Source of the DNA: a virus | DNA: 64,000 nucleotides | IMG/VR virus record: IMGVR_UViG_3300032242_000965 | Coordinates: 24,101-88,100 of that record | Direction: 5' to 3' (one strand) | Part shown: positions 36,940 through 48,400 of the stretch, one piece after another | Layout of the letters: each line of letters opens with the position of its first letter | Numbering within the stretch: position 1 is the stretch's first letter | Translations under genes and position numbers: made by a program | Notes under the pieces: generated by a model | The model's database searches: none | What the model was told of the DNA's origin: nothing | What the model saw: only the letters and a program-made list of their open reading frames with translations

Positions 36940-37769
36940 TTTATTACCTCAAAAAATTTAGTCACTACCGAGTCTTGGTGTAGATTTCCCGGATGCGATA
37001 TTATACCGTTTTTACCGTTCTTATGTTTATTCATATCTCTTGCACGATTCATATGTATAGATTCCGGATATTCAAAATTTTCATAGTACAGTGGGATATC
37101 TGCATAAACTGTAGGATATCTGTCAGTAAATTTACTTTTTTCCATATCCTGACAGGAACTCATTTCAAATAACGGAATATTTGCCAAATCACATATTAGC
37201 TTAATAGTTTTTCGAATGTTATCAAATCTATTGAAAACTTGATGATCCATAACAATAAAATCTTCATATGTTCTTTTCCAATGATTGTTTGTTATAAGGT
37301 TTGGTAACAAAAAACTTACACAGGTATCATCTAACCAGTAGAAATTACGATAGACTGGAGGCCAGTTTATAAAAACTACTTTTGGTTTCTTAGGTGCATT
37401 AGTCATTAAATTTATAAAATTATAATATACAAAATCAACACTACTACCACTTATACTTGCATTAACATAGTCAACATTAGCCTGTTGTGCTATTTTATAA
37501 AAAAATGTATCTGTTACATGTAACCCTATCCCAACTGTAAAACTACAACCGAAAAAAGCATAGTAGTTATCATAGTCAACATCTTCTAACTCTTTCATTC
37601 TATAACCCAATTTGTTAAACTTATATGTTATTGGGTTATTGTAGTAATACCAATCAGATCCATATAACTTCATATTACGATTATATAATTCTTCTGTGTC
37701 AGTCAACGCAAAGGGAATTTCAATCGAAATTAAGTCTATATGAGGTGATTTTAACAAAATATCCATCAC
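36936..37769 (-). CDS. SGNH-hydrolase-like protein
   Basis: FKFN/GYR, FGCSFT block I, NASISG block II, C-terminal HP. Confidence 0.6.
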   Translation of the reverse strand: MMDILLKSPHIDLISIEIPFALTDTEELYNRNMKLYGSDWYYYNNPITYKFNKLGYRMKELEDVDYDNYYAFFGCSFTVGIGLHVTDTFFYKIAQQANVDYVNASISGSSVDFVYYNFINLMTNAPKKPKVVFINWPPVYRNFYWLDDTCVSFLLPNLITNNHWKRTYEDFIVMDHQVFNRFDNIRKTIKLICDLANIPLFEMSSCQDMEKSKFTDRYPTVYADIPLYYENFEYPESIHMNRARDMNKHKNGKNGIISHPGNLHQDSVVTKFFEVIK

Positions 37770-39184
37770 AACCCTTTGAACTCATTATACATAGGAACTA
37801 ATTCAGGATATGTCTCAGTAAAGTTTGTTCCCCTGCGTCTATCATGTTCATCTACAAATGTAACAAAATCTTTACGTTTTGTATTAATGTTAACACTAGG
37901 AGAATTCAATTCTGTTTGTATAATATTATAAATTCTACGCAATTTGTAAATCTCATGTTCATAGAATCCTTTGTACTCTTCTCCGGGTACATTAGTTTCT
38001 TGATTATCTTCCATGAACTTAATTTGTTCTTCTACATAATGTAATAACGATTCTGGTATAATGTAACTTGCTTGATGTTCAGGGTGACGTAGATAAGGCA
38101 TATCTAGCACAATAGGAGTTCTATGATTTTGATATGCAACATGTCTATACTTCAATCTTAGTTGTAGCACATCATTTAGAAATTTAGTATAGCTAGGAAT
38201 GCTTAGTATATTATATGTACTCATTAAACTAATAGCAGCGCCGGGTACTTCATTAATCATGCGTTCAATGTTATGTAGCCATTGATTATAGTTCATTCCA
38301 TAACGTATATACTCAGCCTGTGCTCCATGTGCCTCTGCAGAGGTAAAAATTTGTAAATGCATTACTTTCTTACCCTCTTGTATAATCTTTAGTTTTTCAA
38401 TAAACTTATCATACAGTTCATCCGGCACATTCATATTAGTGTTTACACTAAATGTTAAATTGGGGTTAGGATTCTCAATGATATAGTCAAGTACTTTGAA
38501 TGTGTTTTTACTTAATAAAGGTTCTCCACCTGTAATACGAAACTGTTTTAATTCGTTATACATAGTAGGCCACCAACGCCAAAACGCTTCTACATAAGGA
38601 TTATCTTGATTGTTGGGTATAGGCATTTGTTGATTCTGTTTGAACCAATCTAAGTTATTAAATTTAGTTGTAGTAGGATAAGCGCCATATCGTTCAATTT
38701 CTTCCATCCATTGACTACTGATATTAGGACTACAGTAACTACATTTAAAGTTACACACACTACTGAAACTAACTTCTACATAACTAGGATCAACATTATC
38801 ATCCCAAGGCTTACTAGCAATGTCTTGTATATGACCATGTGCCCAAGTAGTGTCAGCACTTTTATAAGTTCTATCACTATATCTATTACCACTATCTTCT
38901 GCTCTCCAACAATAGTCACATTCGCTAGGACGCACGCCTTCAAGCATTAGTTTACGTTGGCTCTTTTTGAATTCTGTATTATGTAGTGCGGTTGGATTCT
39001 TGCGTAGTTCTTCTAATGGAACTACGTGTGTACCTGGGTGATGACAACTATGTGTATGTCCGTTTTGTAAGTGTAGTGTAACTTGCTTCCATTTAGCTAC
39101 ACAAAAACTAGAACTTACCTTGTTTAACTCAACATAAGTATTTTCTAAATGTTCTGCGTATTCTTCTTCTTTTGTTTTTTTCAT
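37766..39184 (-). CDS. Radical SAM protein with N-terminal twitch-like Cys domain
   Basis: N-terminal FCVAKW...SCHH...CDYCW; CNFKCSYC; TGGEPL. Confidence 0.85.
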   Translation of the reverse strand: MKKTKEEEYAEHLENTYVELNKVSSSFCVAKWKQVTLHLQNGHTHSCHHPGTHVVPLEELRKNPTALHNTEFKKSQRKLMLEGVRPSECDYCWRAEDSGNRYSDRTYKSADTTWAHGHIQDIASKPWDDNVDPSYVEVSFSSVCNFKCSYCSPNISSQWMEEIERYGAYPTTTKFNNLDWFKQNQQMPIPNNQDNPYVEAFWRWWPTMYNELKQFRITGGEPLLSKNTFKVLDYIIENPNPNLTFSVNTNMNVPDELYDKFIEKLKIIQEGKKVMHLQIFTSAEAHGAQAEYIRYGMNYNQWLHNIERMINEVPGAAISLMSTYNILSIPSYTKFLNDVLQLRLKYRHVAYQNHRTPIVLDMPYLRHPEHQASYIIPESLLHYVEEQIKFMEDNQETNVPGEEYKGFYEHEIYKLRRIYNIIQTELNSPSVNINTKRKDFVTFVDEHDRRRGTNFTETYPELVPMYNEFKGL

Positions 39185-40149
39185 TACCAACCTTCTAATT
39201 TTCTGATTATATCAATCTCTCTCACTAGAGGTCCTTGATTATATCTATCATTGTTATAATTACGTTTAAAGAATTTACTTTGCATTTTGTCAAAGGTGCA
39301 CATTGGTAATCCTAATTTATCACTCAACGGTACACCTATCATAGTCATCTCACGCATAGTATCTTTATCTTTATATTCTTCCCACATCGCTATAAAATTA
39401 TCAAACCATTGCACATTCTTTGCATCCCAATCTGTAAGCATAGTCATATATGTACCTAGTCTTGCACCGTAGATTGCCCAATCACCATTCTCTACATCCA
39501 TACCCACATTATGCCATATAGTTAAATTATTAAGATTGCGACCTGCAACTTTACGTTTAAAATCTTCTATAGATGGCTTTACTCCACCATCTAAGCACAT
39601 CTTTACACCTTCACGGAAGCCAGCACGCCAGGCTTGAAAGGGAGTATAGTTGGGATATGTCGTGCTATAACAATCATTCATACTCCAGTATAAAGTATTT
39701 TTATAATCTAAACAAAAGTCAATAGTACTATCATCACTGCCGTCGCTATTCTCATGTGTACGCATGTTCATTACATACTCTTTAGTCCATGAACTCATGC
39801 CACCATTACCATATACTAATCCATTAATGTTGTTAATTGCCTTCCAACGATACTGTGCTTGTTTGTATATAGGATCTTTGTCAGTAAAATCTAATACAAG
39901 ATTAAAGAATTTTAAATCAGGTAAGTTGTCACCGTCAATTAATATAAATCGTTCTGTGTCACTTGCTTCTGCCGCTGCCTTGTGTGCCGCGTCACTACCC
40001 TTAACACCATCAACCCTACGTGCCCATGGAACCATATTCTTTATCTTAACCCAGAATTCTTCTTTCTGTGGTTCATCATATGACAGGTATATACAATCTA
40101 AATCAGTAATATCAACAATGTCTTGGCTCATAGAATCTTTTCTTCCCAT
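39184..40149 (-). CDS. GT-A-fold glycosyltransferase-like protein
   Basis: LSYDEP, GVKGSDAAHKAAA, ILIDGDN (DxD), NGLVYGNGG, AWRAGFREG. Confidence 0.7.
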   Translation of the reverse strand: MGRKDSMSQDIVDITDLDCIYLSYDEPQKEEFWVKIKNMVPWARRVDGVKGSDAAHKAAAEASDTERFILIDGDNLPDLKFFNLVLDFTDKDPIYKQAQYRWKAINNINGLVYGNGGMSSWTKEYVMNMRTHENSDGSDDSTIDFCLDYKNTLYWSMNDCYSTTYPNYTPFQAWRAGFREGVKMCLDGGVKPSIEDFKRKVAGRNLNNLTIWHNVGMDVENGDWAIYGARLGTYMTMLTDWDAKNVQWFDNFIAMWEEYKDKDTMREMTMIGVPLSDKLGLPMCTFDKMQSKFFKRNYNNDRYNQGPLVREIDIIRKLEGW

Positions 40150-40406
40150 GTTATTGTTTCATCAATGTAGTTTTCATCAACTATAATGCACACATCTTCA
40201 ATGGCGCAAACTGTTCCTGTAATACCGGGAACTAATTTAATAACAATATTCTGAGGTTTAACTACTTTACCATCAATGACTTTTACATCTGTTCTACCTT
40301 CTGCAAAAGTTTGTTTATCGATTACTATATAGTTACCCTCGAGGTTCTCACAAGTATAACATATATAATCACCGTTGTCATCATAATAAAGTCTCAATTC
40401 AACCAT
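40128..40406 (-). CDS. Hypothetical protein
   Basis: ORF track; overlapping junctions. Confidence 0.7.
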   Translation of the reverse strand: MVELRLYYDDNGDYICYTCENLEGNYIVIDKQTFAEGRTDVKVIDGKVVKPQNIVIKLVPGITGTVCAIEDVCIIVDENYIDETITWEEKIL

Positions 40407-41157
40407 AATATTTCCCTAAAGTTTTACTAAAGTCTTTAATATGATAATGAAATGGGTAACGTTGTGGGAAAGTATTTACCTTGAAACTATCTTCAGTAAG
40501 TTCATATACTAGTTCATCTGTCCAATTGTCTCTTGTTAGATAGTTTACATGTTTCTTCATATGAACCATACTCATTTGTGTAAAATTGGATAGTGTGCAA
40601 TTTTCTATCCCAATAAGGTGTGCAGCTATACTATATACCCAATCAGTGGTAGCAGGTTCGTCACTGGCACACTTTAAGATTTTCTTATAGTCTTCCCAAT
40701 TTTCAAAAATATTCCTAACTAACTTATAGAAGTATTCTGCATTATCTGATTTTTTAAAATAAGTGATTGCATTATATACATCAGGTAGTTCATTGTCTAT
40801 AATGAATCCTCGATATGCTTTAACATCTGATATTTCATTTTTAAAATTACGGATAGTAGAGCATATTACTAAATCTTTTTGCATCAATATGTCCCACCAA
40901 TAGTCTATATTACTAGGTATAATCATGTCTGCTTCTAATTTGATTGTATATTCATATGGGCTAGCCTCATACACTTGCCAATCATTGATAAGTTTCCAAT
41001 CACTATCAGGTGCTAAATCACCATGTGGTAAATCAGTAATAATGGTTATATTTGCATCTGGCATTATTTTTAGAATGCTATCCTTTAATACTTCTGCACA
41101 ACTAACATAATCAGTTGACTTAGTATTTTGTGCCAGTATGACATAACCCCTATTCAT
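40399..41157 (-). CDS. GT8-like glycosyltransferase
   Basis: RGYVILA, SPYEYTIKLEADM (ExD), YNAITYF. Confidence 0.65.
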   Translation of the reverse strand: MNRGYVILAQNTKSTDYVSCAEVLKDSILKIMPDANITIITDLPHGDLAPDSDWKLINDWQVYEASPYEYTIKLEADMIIPSNIDYWWDILMQKDLVICSTIRNFKNEISDVKAYRGFIIDNELPDVYNAITYFKKSDNAEYFYKLVRNIFENWEDYKKILKCASDEPATTDWVYSIAAHLIGIENCTLSNFTQMSMVHMKKHVNYLTRDNWTDELVYELTEDSFKVNTFPQRYPFHYHIKDFSKTLGKYYG

Positions 41158-41938
41158 CTACTAACTCCATAAAGTTAGATTTGCTCATACAATGAAAATC
41201 TATATCTTTAACTATAATGTACTTTTTATCTTTCTTTCTTAATATCAGATAATCAGTATTAAAAGGTGTATCATTTACTCTATACGCAGTTGCTTCTTTA
41301 CCTAAATGTACTAGTTGCCATGGCATATAATCTTTCTGATTAAAGGTGTGCCCATTAGCAATATACAATGCTATAGTAATTGCATAATCATTACGATACA
41401 TACCAACTGAAAATCTATACAGGCTAGAATAGTGTTCATAGTTCTTCTGAACCATTTCTAAACATTCAAATATTTGCTTAACACGCTGTGTTTTACGAAA
41501 CACTAATACAGTAGCCCACATTGTAATAAAACTATATGGGCTTATAATTTCTCTTTCATCCACATCACTCATTAGAAAACTTACATCATATGCACACATA
41601 AAATCATCATACAAGTCAAATAATTTAAGTAATTGATTACAGTTAACTAGGTAGTCAGTATCAAGCACTATTGTTTCATCGTATGGAGTTAGTTCATATG
41701 CCTTATATCTACCTTTGTTAAGCCAAAGATTTTTACCTTTTCTATTAGCAGTATCTTCTGTAGTGATTATTACGTTATCAAATGCATAGTGTTGTACTTC
41801 AGGTAATGAATTTTTATTGGTTATTAATGTAGTTGGTAAATTTAAAAAGTATTCAATTCTTTTTGCTGTGGCTACTGCCATTTCATAGTAGTTGACATTT
41901 TCAATATTGAATGCAAATAATAATACACCACGGGTCAT
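41150..41938 (-). CDS. GT8-like glycosyltransferase
   Basis: RGVLLFA, TPYDETIVLDTDY (DxD), WATVLVF, YRND. Confidence 0.7.
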   Translation of the reverse strand: MTRGVLLFAFNIENVNYYEMAVATAKRIEYFLNLPTTLITNKNSLPEVQHYAFDNVIITTEDTANRKGKNLWLNKGRYKAYELTPYDETIVLDTDYLVNCNQLLKLFDLYDDFMCAYDVSFLMSDVDEREIISPYSFITMWATVLVFRKTQRVKQIFECLEMVQKNYEHYSSLYRFSVGMYRNDYAITIALYIANGHTFNQKDYMPWQLVHLGKEATAYRVNDTPFNTDYLILRKKDKKYIIVKDIDFHCMSKSNFMELVDE

Positions 41939-42240
41939 CTATTATTCTCTAACTCTTTTAACTCGTTATACCATTCTATCATAACAGTATTATGCGTATC
42001 TCTCAATAACGTGAGTAGTTTTTGCCTATTTACTTTGACTGGGTTTTCGTAAGCATCAATCAAAATCAATTCTTCTGATCCAGCATTGTCCACAAACACA
42101 AGAAGTTCAGGTGAGGCTTTCCAAAGACCACCTTGGCATGCTACCAAAAGTTTTGCTTGATATTTGTCTTTGAGATATTGCTTGGCACTGTTGTGCTTGA
42201 AACGCGCCTTTGTATCGGCTATTAGTTGTTTAGTATCCAT
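41935..42240 (-). CDS. Hypothetical protein
   Basis: SD AGGAG; TAAATA at 42256-42261. Confidence 0.7.
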   Translation of the reverse strand: MDTKQLIADTKARFKHNSAKQYLKDKYQAKLLVACQGGLWKASPELLVFVDNAGSEELILIDAYENPVKVNRQKLLTLLRDTHNTVMIEWYNELKELENNR

Positions 42241-42286
42241 AAATACTCCTAAAAGTATTTACTGAGAGTATACTAACCCGTAATTT

Positions 42287-43345
42287 TTAACTACCTGAGA
42301 CTGTGCCGTTGACTACGGGTGTTCCCCAAGATTGTGTCATGCCTACAGGTAATAAAGGTTTACGTACACTTAATGTAGTACTTGTACCGGCTGCTACTTG
42401 TAATCCGTTAGGTACCTGATCCCACAACACTTTAATTGTTATTACGTTACCGTTATCACCGTTAACACCTTGTTGACCGTTTGTTTTAGCACTTACTTGT
42501 ATGTAGGACCCATCATAATAATTATATCTTAATTCTGTAGAAGGTACGCTACCAACACTTTGTCTAAATATCACTTGGTCACTACTAGTCATACCATAGT
42601 AACCAATGCTTGATGACAAGTCATTGTATGATATGACTCCATAGCGTTGACCGGTAAATTCCTTAGGTACAGCAGTTGGGTTGGTACCGCCAACCTTAGT
42701 TACACCTTTGTATTCTACACCTACAATATTTATAGTCTCTACACTAGGACTACTAATTACTAATGTACCGGCGCTACTAGCAAGTTGACTCATTATTGCG
42801 TTAATTCTGAGTCCAGGTGCTGCACCAAATGTCAATGCTAATTGCCCACCTAAATTAAAGAAATATCTTGCCGCATCCCCGTTAGCAAATGTTACAATAA
42901 AAGTAAATTCTATTGCATCACGCCATGTGCTGCTATTGACTACTCTATAATCATTTCCAGCACTACTATCTCGCATTGCAGAATTTAAATGATTAGTATA
43001 TATATCCTTGACACTTTGTGTAATTTTGTACAAAGTATCATACCGAATTATGCCCGCAACAGCACCACTGACTACATTTGGAATTGTGATTGCTGATGTA
43101 GATATACCTAGATGTGTTTTTGCAGTATTAACTGCTGTAACTAAATTTGTCCATGCATCGAGTTTAATTCTATCATCTATTGCAATATTGGGTTCTACTA
43201 ATTTAGCAATAGGTGTTTGACCGTAACCAAATTTACCACTACCTGTGCCCCAAACTGTATTAAAAGCATTAGAAGATGTTGAAGTGGGCTCACCTATTAT
43301 TGTATTATAGTCAGCTGCCGATATTAGAGTTCCGATTCCGCTCAT
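42287..43345 (-). CDS. Virion structural protein (tail/baseplate-associated)
   Basis: ISAADYN...GYGQ N-terminus and FANGDAARYFFNLGG motif. Confidence 0.65.
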   Translation of the reverse strand: MSGIGTLISAADYNTIIGEPTSTSSNAFNTVWGTGSGKFGYGQTPIAKLVEPNIAIDDRIKLDAWTNLVTAVNTAKTHLGISTSAITIPNVVSGAVAGIIRYDTLYKITQSVKDIYTNHLNSAMRDSSAGNDYRVVNSSTWRDAIEFTFIVTFANGDAARYFFNLGGQLALTFGAAPGLRINAIMSQLASSAGTLVISSPSVETINIVGVEYKGVTKVGGTNPTAVPKEFTGQRYGVISYNDLSSSIGYYGMTSSDQVIFRQSVGSVPSTELRYNYYDGSYIQVSAKTNGQQGVNGDNGNVITIKVLWDQVPNGLQVAAGTSTTLSVRKPLLPVGMTQSWGTPVVNGTVSGS

Positions 43346-43354
43346 TGTGTATCC

Positions 43355-44584
43355 TTATTTGATAACGACTATAGCTAATAATAATTCTTCTGGTTCGATG
43401 TTTTTATGCTCCAATGCACGACCGATAGTGTTAAACATAGTTGCTTCACCTGGTTTAGCAGCACGTGCTAATCCATTACCTGCACTTACTAATCTCTGAC
43501 CCTTAACTACTTTACCGATAGTTTTAACTTTAACACGACCGGTTAATGCAATCGCCGGATGAGTTTCATCTGTACCTGCAGGACCATTCATTAAGTATGC
43601 AGCAGTATTACTAACAACACCAAATACGTTCTCGCTTAATTCATCAACTACTTTAGTAACTTCAGCGATACCGCCGATTTCAACGACCGTACCTGGATCA
43701 TATGTAGCATCAGCGTGGAAGCGTTCTGCTAAGTCAGCGTATGTTGCTTGAATTTGTGCACCATTAACTAATGTCCATGTACCTGAAATATCGCCGCCTC
43801 CAATTAAATGCGGTGTTGTAATTGAATTTACATTTAAGTCACCGTTAAATCTGCTAGGATACTGACCATTAGTCGGTGGATTACCACCATTCAAGTATCT
43901 ATATACGTTATCATTTGTATAGGTTCCACTTGGTGTATACGGCTGACCATTTGCATACATATACTTGTCACATCTGATACCATTTGTACTGTTTTGAGTA
44001 AATGAGATATTACCTGATTGAACTGAGAATGCGTTCCCACCTGGATTACCATAAGCACTCCATTCACCTGTTAAGTTACCTGAAGTACCACGTGAACCTG
44101 TAGTAATTACTTGTGTAGTTAAATTTGTAATGCTACCAGTAGTAAAAGTTGCTGAGGTTGCAGTAAATGTTTCAATTGTACCTAATCTAATTGAAAGTGT
44201 ATCGCCGGTGATAGCATGTGTTGATGATAAATTATTTGTTGTTACATTACCGGTAACAGTAAGATTACCCAATGTAGTAGTACCACCGCTGTTCGTACTT
44301 GCTAATGTCAACCATGCTACTGGATTAGTTGTGTTATCTGCAGGGCATACATTCAATGTACTTAACGTAGTATTGTACCACAACTGACCCTTTATTGGGT
44401 TTGGAGGAGGAACATCTGCTGCAAAATTCTCTGTAATTCTTACAAAGTTTGTATTGATTGCTTGTCCGTAGCCTGCATAGTTTCTACCGGGTAGACTCAA
44501 TGAAGTACTAACGCTATTGATGGTACCATCTTGTACTGTAGTAAGAGTGTTACCGTTGCTTCTTATAATTGTATATCCTGCCAT
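43355..44584 (-). CDS. Baseplate/tail protein with C-terminal autoproteolytic chaperone (peptidase G2/IMC-like) domain
   Basis: GRNYAGYG...ENFA...GQLWY N-terminus; YADLAERF, GTVVEIGG, FGVVS, IALTGRV. Confidence 0.75.
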   Translation of the reverse strand: MAGYTIIRSNGNTLTTVQDGTINSVSTSLSLPGRNYAGYGQAINTNFVRITENFAADVPPPNPIKGQLWYNTTLSTLNVCPADNTTNPVAWLTLASTNSGGTTTLGNLTVTGNVTTNNLSSTHAITGDTLSIRLGTIETFTATSATFTTGSITNLTTQVITTGSRGTSGNLTGEWSAYGNPGGNAFSVQSGNISFTQNSTNGIRCDKYMYANGQPYTPSGTYTNDNVYRYLNGGNPPTNGQYPSRFNGDLNVNSITTPHLIGGGDISGTWTLVNGAQIQATYADLAERFHADATYDPGTVVEIGGIAEVTKVVDELSENVFGVVSNTAAYLMNGPAGTDETHPAIALTGRVKVKTIGKVVKGQRLVSAGNGLARAAKPGEATMFNTIGRALEHKNIEPEELLLAIVVIK

Positions 44585-44613
44585 ATCTCTAGTTCTCCGA
44601 TTGAATATTTATC

Positions 44614-45234
44614 TTAAATTGTCACCAAGTTCGTTAGACTCTGTATTCTGATTGTATAGTCTACTTGAATTTGTCTGTTTAAACTTTTCTGTACAGGGTG
44701 AAAAATTACATGAGTTATTAACTTTGTTAATTCATTTCCCGCATCATCCGTTCCGTAATTTGCTAATAGTCCAAGTTCGTCAAATACGAAAGAACTATCC
44801 ATTGATGTACCGTTATCAAATGCATATTGACCAGTGGGCTCACCATAATCTAATAAACATTGAATAACTATATCTGTATAAACCTTACCAGTAGAATGGT
44901 TCACACTCATTTTATTTTTAATTGGATTACTATTCAAAATACTAGTATCATCAATAATCTTTGCGTATGTTTGATTATATAAACTAGCATTCTGTCCAGT
45001 TGTATTAGTTGGGAGATACGTAATAATACCTGTTTGGTCTACGCTACTACCACCATTACCTAATGCTAATCTAAAAATATTTCCTACTCCTCTACTACTC
45101 AAACTATCTGCAATTGCGATACTTATATTTTCATAATGTATAGCATTACTTCCGTCAAAAAAGACTTCATTGGTGTTTGGGTCATAGACTTTTAAAAATC
45201 CACGAATTTCTACTGGAATGTTAACATTTGACAT
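44614..45234 (-). CDS. Baseplate/tail structural protein
   Basis: NAIH, ALGNGG, FDELGL, THVIFHPVQKS...YTIRI. Confidence 0.7.
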   Translation of the reverse strand: MSNVNIPVEIRGFLKVYDPNTNEVFFDGSNAIHYENISIAIADSLSSRGVGNIFRLALGNGGSSVDQTGIITYLPTNTTGQNASLYNQTYAKIIDDTSILNSNPIKNKMSVNHSTGKVYTDIVIQCLLDYGEPTGQYAFDNGTSMDSSFVFDELGLLANYGTDDAGNELTKLITHVIFHPVQKSLNRQIQVDYTIRIQSLTNLVTI

Positions 45235-45389
45235 TAGTAATCGCCTCTTATTTGCACTAGTATTTCTTTAGTATTAGGATCAGATATCTTAACTGCTGAA
45301 CTAAATGCAAACCCGCCCTTTTCATCGACTGGGGCTTGTTTTTGTTCAGGAACTGATTGTTCTTTTGCTTTATCTAAATTTTCATTCAT
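45234..45389 (-). CDS. 51-aa protein MNENLDKAKE...KISDPNTKEILVQIRGDY
   Basis: TAAATA 4 nt upstream; TAATG overlap with the next gene; KISDPNTKE resembles KVYDPNTNE at the start of the next gene. Confidence 0.7.
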   Translation of the reverse strand: MNENLDKAKEQSVPEQKQAPVDEKGGFAFSSAVKISDPNTKEILVQIRGDY

Positions 45390-45403
45390 AATTTATTTAT
45401 CTT

Positions 45404-48400
45404 TTAATAATGTCCATATTGCAGAAATCTAGCAGCCGGGCTTGTACTAATCTGTAGAGGATCACCGAAATTGCTACTATAATTGATAGTATTCCAAACT
45501 TTTCCATAATACATTGGATCTAATACACGACTTGGGGTTAATCCATAAATCTCAGTATATTTTGAATTTAGTTGAATTACACCTGTACCCATAAGTCCTC
45601 TGGTCAATCCAGATAGTGTATTAGTAATCCTTACAGTACCTGTTCCAGTACCAATATGCATGGCTACAAATTTAATACCTAGTGTGTTACTTGGCGCCCC
45701 GATTAGCGTAAAATCAGTATTTCCTATTGTCTCAATAGTATATGTTGTACCAATCATAATATCAGTAACTTTTATTATAGGTTCAACCTGAGTAAAACGT
45801 ATTTTTTCTCCGTTTAACTCTAATATATTACCAACTGTTAATGTCACTAATAAATTTTGACTTAATGAAGCCTGCGAATTATCTACAAATACTAATGCTG
45901 GTCTACCATGTATAATTTCTAACACATATTTGGAACTATCTACATTACTACTTGAAGTTTGATTATATACAACAGTTTTCATAACTGAATTAATATTACA
46001 TTCAACATAAGCAAATATTGTCCCTGCAGTATCCATATCTACTATAGTAGTCTGGGTCACAGTATCTAGCAATTTACTCACATCATATACCTGTATAGAA
46101 GTATCGTTTGAGTTGAAGTCTTTGGTTAACCATGTTCCATCTCCGATATTTGTAAGGTAGACTGTTGATTTTCCATATTTGTCAATATCTATATTGAACA
46201 TCGAACTATTAGGAGTATCCCCATCAAGTGTTACTGTTATTAGTACGACATCATTTAAGTTTATGGTAGCATCGATGGTTAAATTATTTGAGTTATCATA
46301 ACTTAATTTATCCGACCCTATACGACTTCCATTAATAGTTACCCATGCCTTATTTACATCGGTATATAATATAGGATCCATATCTACGCCGTTAACGGGA
46401 TTACTAAATGGTTGCGGAATAGCAAATACGTTTTGATTTGCAGTAGCAACAACTTTCCTAGTTTGTATAAACAATCTATCAGTTTCATTGAACGTAGTAA
46501 CTGCAATAGTATCAGAAGTTATTGGACTTGTAGTTAATCTTAATTCGCCGGTACCAGAATCTATATAATAATCATTGTTTTGCATACCGAGTTTTGGAAC
46601 TAATCTTAATCCATTTTTCTCAACGATAGCATTAGCAATATTTAATTTACCTATGTTATTAGTAAGAACTATATTGTTAGAGGTACTATTGGTAAATGTC
46701 TGAGTCTCAGGAATACTATATGATAGTTCACCATAAGTATTTGCAGGTCTAAAATTACTTATACCAGTATCAAGTATTGTCCAAGTTATATAATCTGTAT
46801 CTTGATTATATAAAGTGTTGAACGTCAGTTTAGATAAATTAGTGTCTTCTATAAAGGTACAGTTGTAATCTGTTCGAAATGCCAACTTAACACCATTATG
46901 GTACACAACCGGTGGATTAACTAATGGTTGATAATATAAATTCAAATAAATTTCACTATGGTTAGTAGTTGAATTAGTTCTAAAAGGTATATGTTGTGAG
47001 TTTCCCCTAGCCAGTTGTTTGCCGTTTCCTACTTCATATACTTCTATCATTAATAGTTTGTTTGCAGGTAACGATGATGGGTTGAGAGGATCTAGTCCAT
47101 AATATGTGACTACTTTTGTAATCCAATTAATAGTATAGCCTGTGTATATTCTGTTGCCTAACTTAGTAGTGCTATCAATAATAAACACACTTACTTGTGC
47201 AGGATTTCTTAACAACCCATCAAAACTAACTGTACCAGTTGTACTAGTAACCGATTTCATTCCAAAGCTAGTATGCTGGAAGTATGCTTGTTGCGGGATG
47301 ACAGGAGTACTATCCCAATTTGATCCTGGCCCTGTCATTACCTTGATTGATAATGTTTCGGTGATGACCCCTGGTATTAATTCTTCTGGTCCGTAACCAT
47401 ATAAGAAATCATTTCCTGTTATAACACTATCTGGTTCTGCAGGTGTTAACATACTTATACTTGACCAAGTATTTGTATCTGAACTTCTTATGATAGTTGC
47501 ATTATCACCTACAATATAGTACCATGTGCCATCATGTGTAATATCATTCAATGTATCTACTGTCAATGAATTGTTTGTTTTATTAGACCAGGTAATACCA
47601 TCTGTACTAGTAATGATGGTCCCGTATTCTCCTACAAGTACAAATCTGCTATTTACATATGCGCCGGCTGTTAGATTACGTGTTACACCTGAAGAAGTTT
47701 GTACCCAGTTATGACCGTTTACACTATACCATACTGTTCCATTATTTCCTGCAATAACAATGATATTATCATTACTTACTACTGTGTTAATAGTTTCTAT
47801 GGTTATATAATCTTGTAATGTCCAAGTAACACCGTCTATACTTGTTATAACTATACTACAGGTAGTTACTTCCGGTGCGGCTGTACCAATACCTGACAAT
47901 ATTCTATTACCGCCACCAACTGCAATATATCCTTTGAATGCTTTGGTAGAAATCTCACTAATATTATAAATTATATTACGTGTTTTTGTACCAAAAGTAT
48001 ATTGCTTATTCCAAACAATTCCCTCAGCACTACGTGTAATAAACGATCCTACACCATAATAATATCCATCACTGCCTTGTATTATTTTATTCACATTGTC
48101 AGCAGGATATGATTCTGCGCTACTATCAAATGCATCATCATCAAAACCTACTTGGTCTAGTAATGTTGATTGACCTTGTCCTAACCAATCTATACCATTG
48201 TAACTCAATAAGACTGGATTATGCGCGGTTAGTGTTGAAACCAAATACTTGTCTTTACCATAAATTATACTTGTTACATTTAATGAATGTTCTGCTAATA
48301 TATGGTTATGCCATGTCACTCCATCTATACTGGTCATTAATATTGACTTGTCTGCACTTTCTCCAATTGCTATATATTGGAATTTATATGCACTTGCAAT

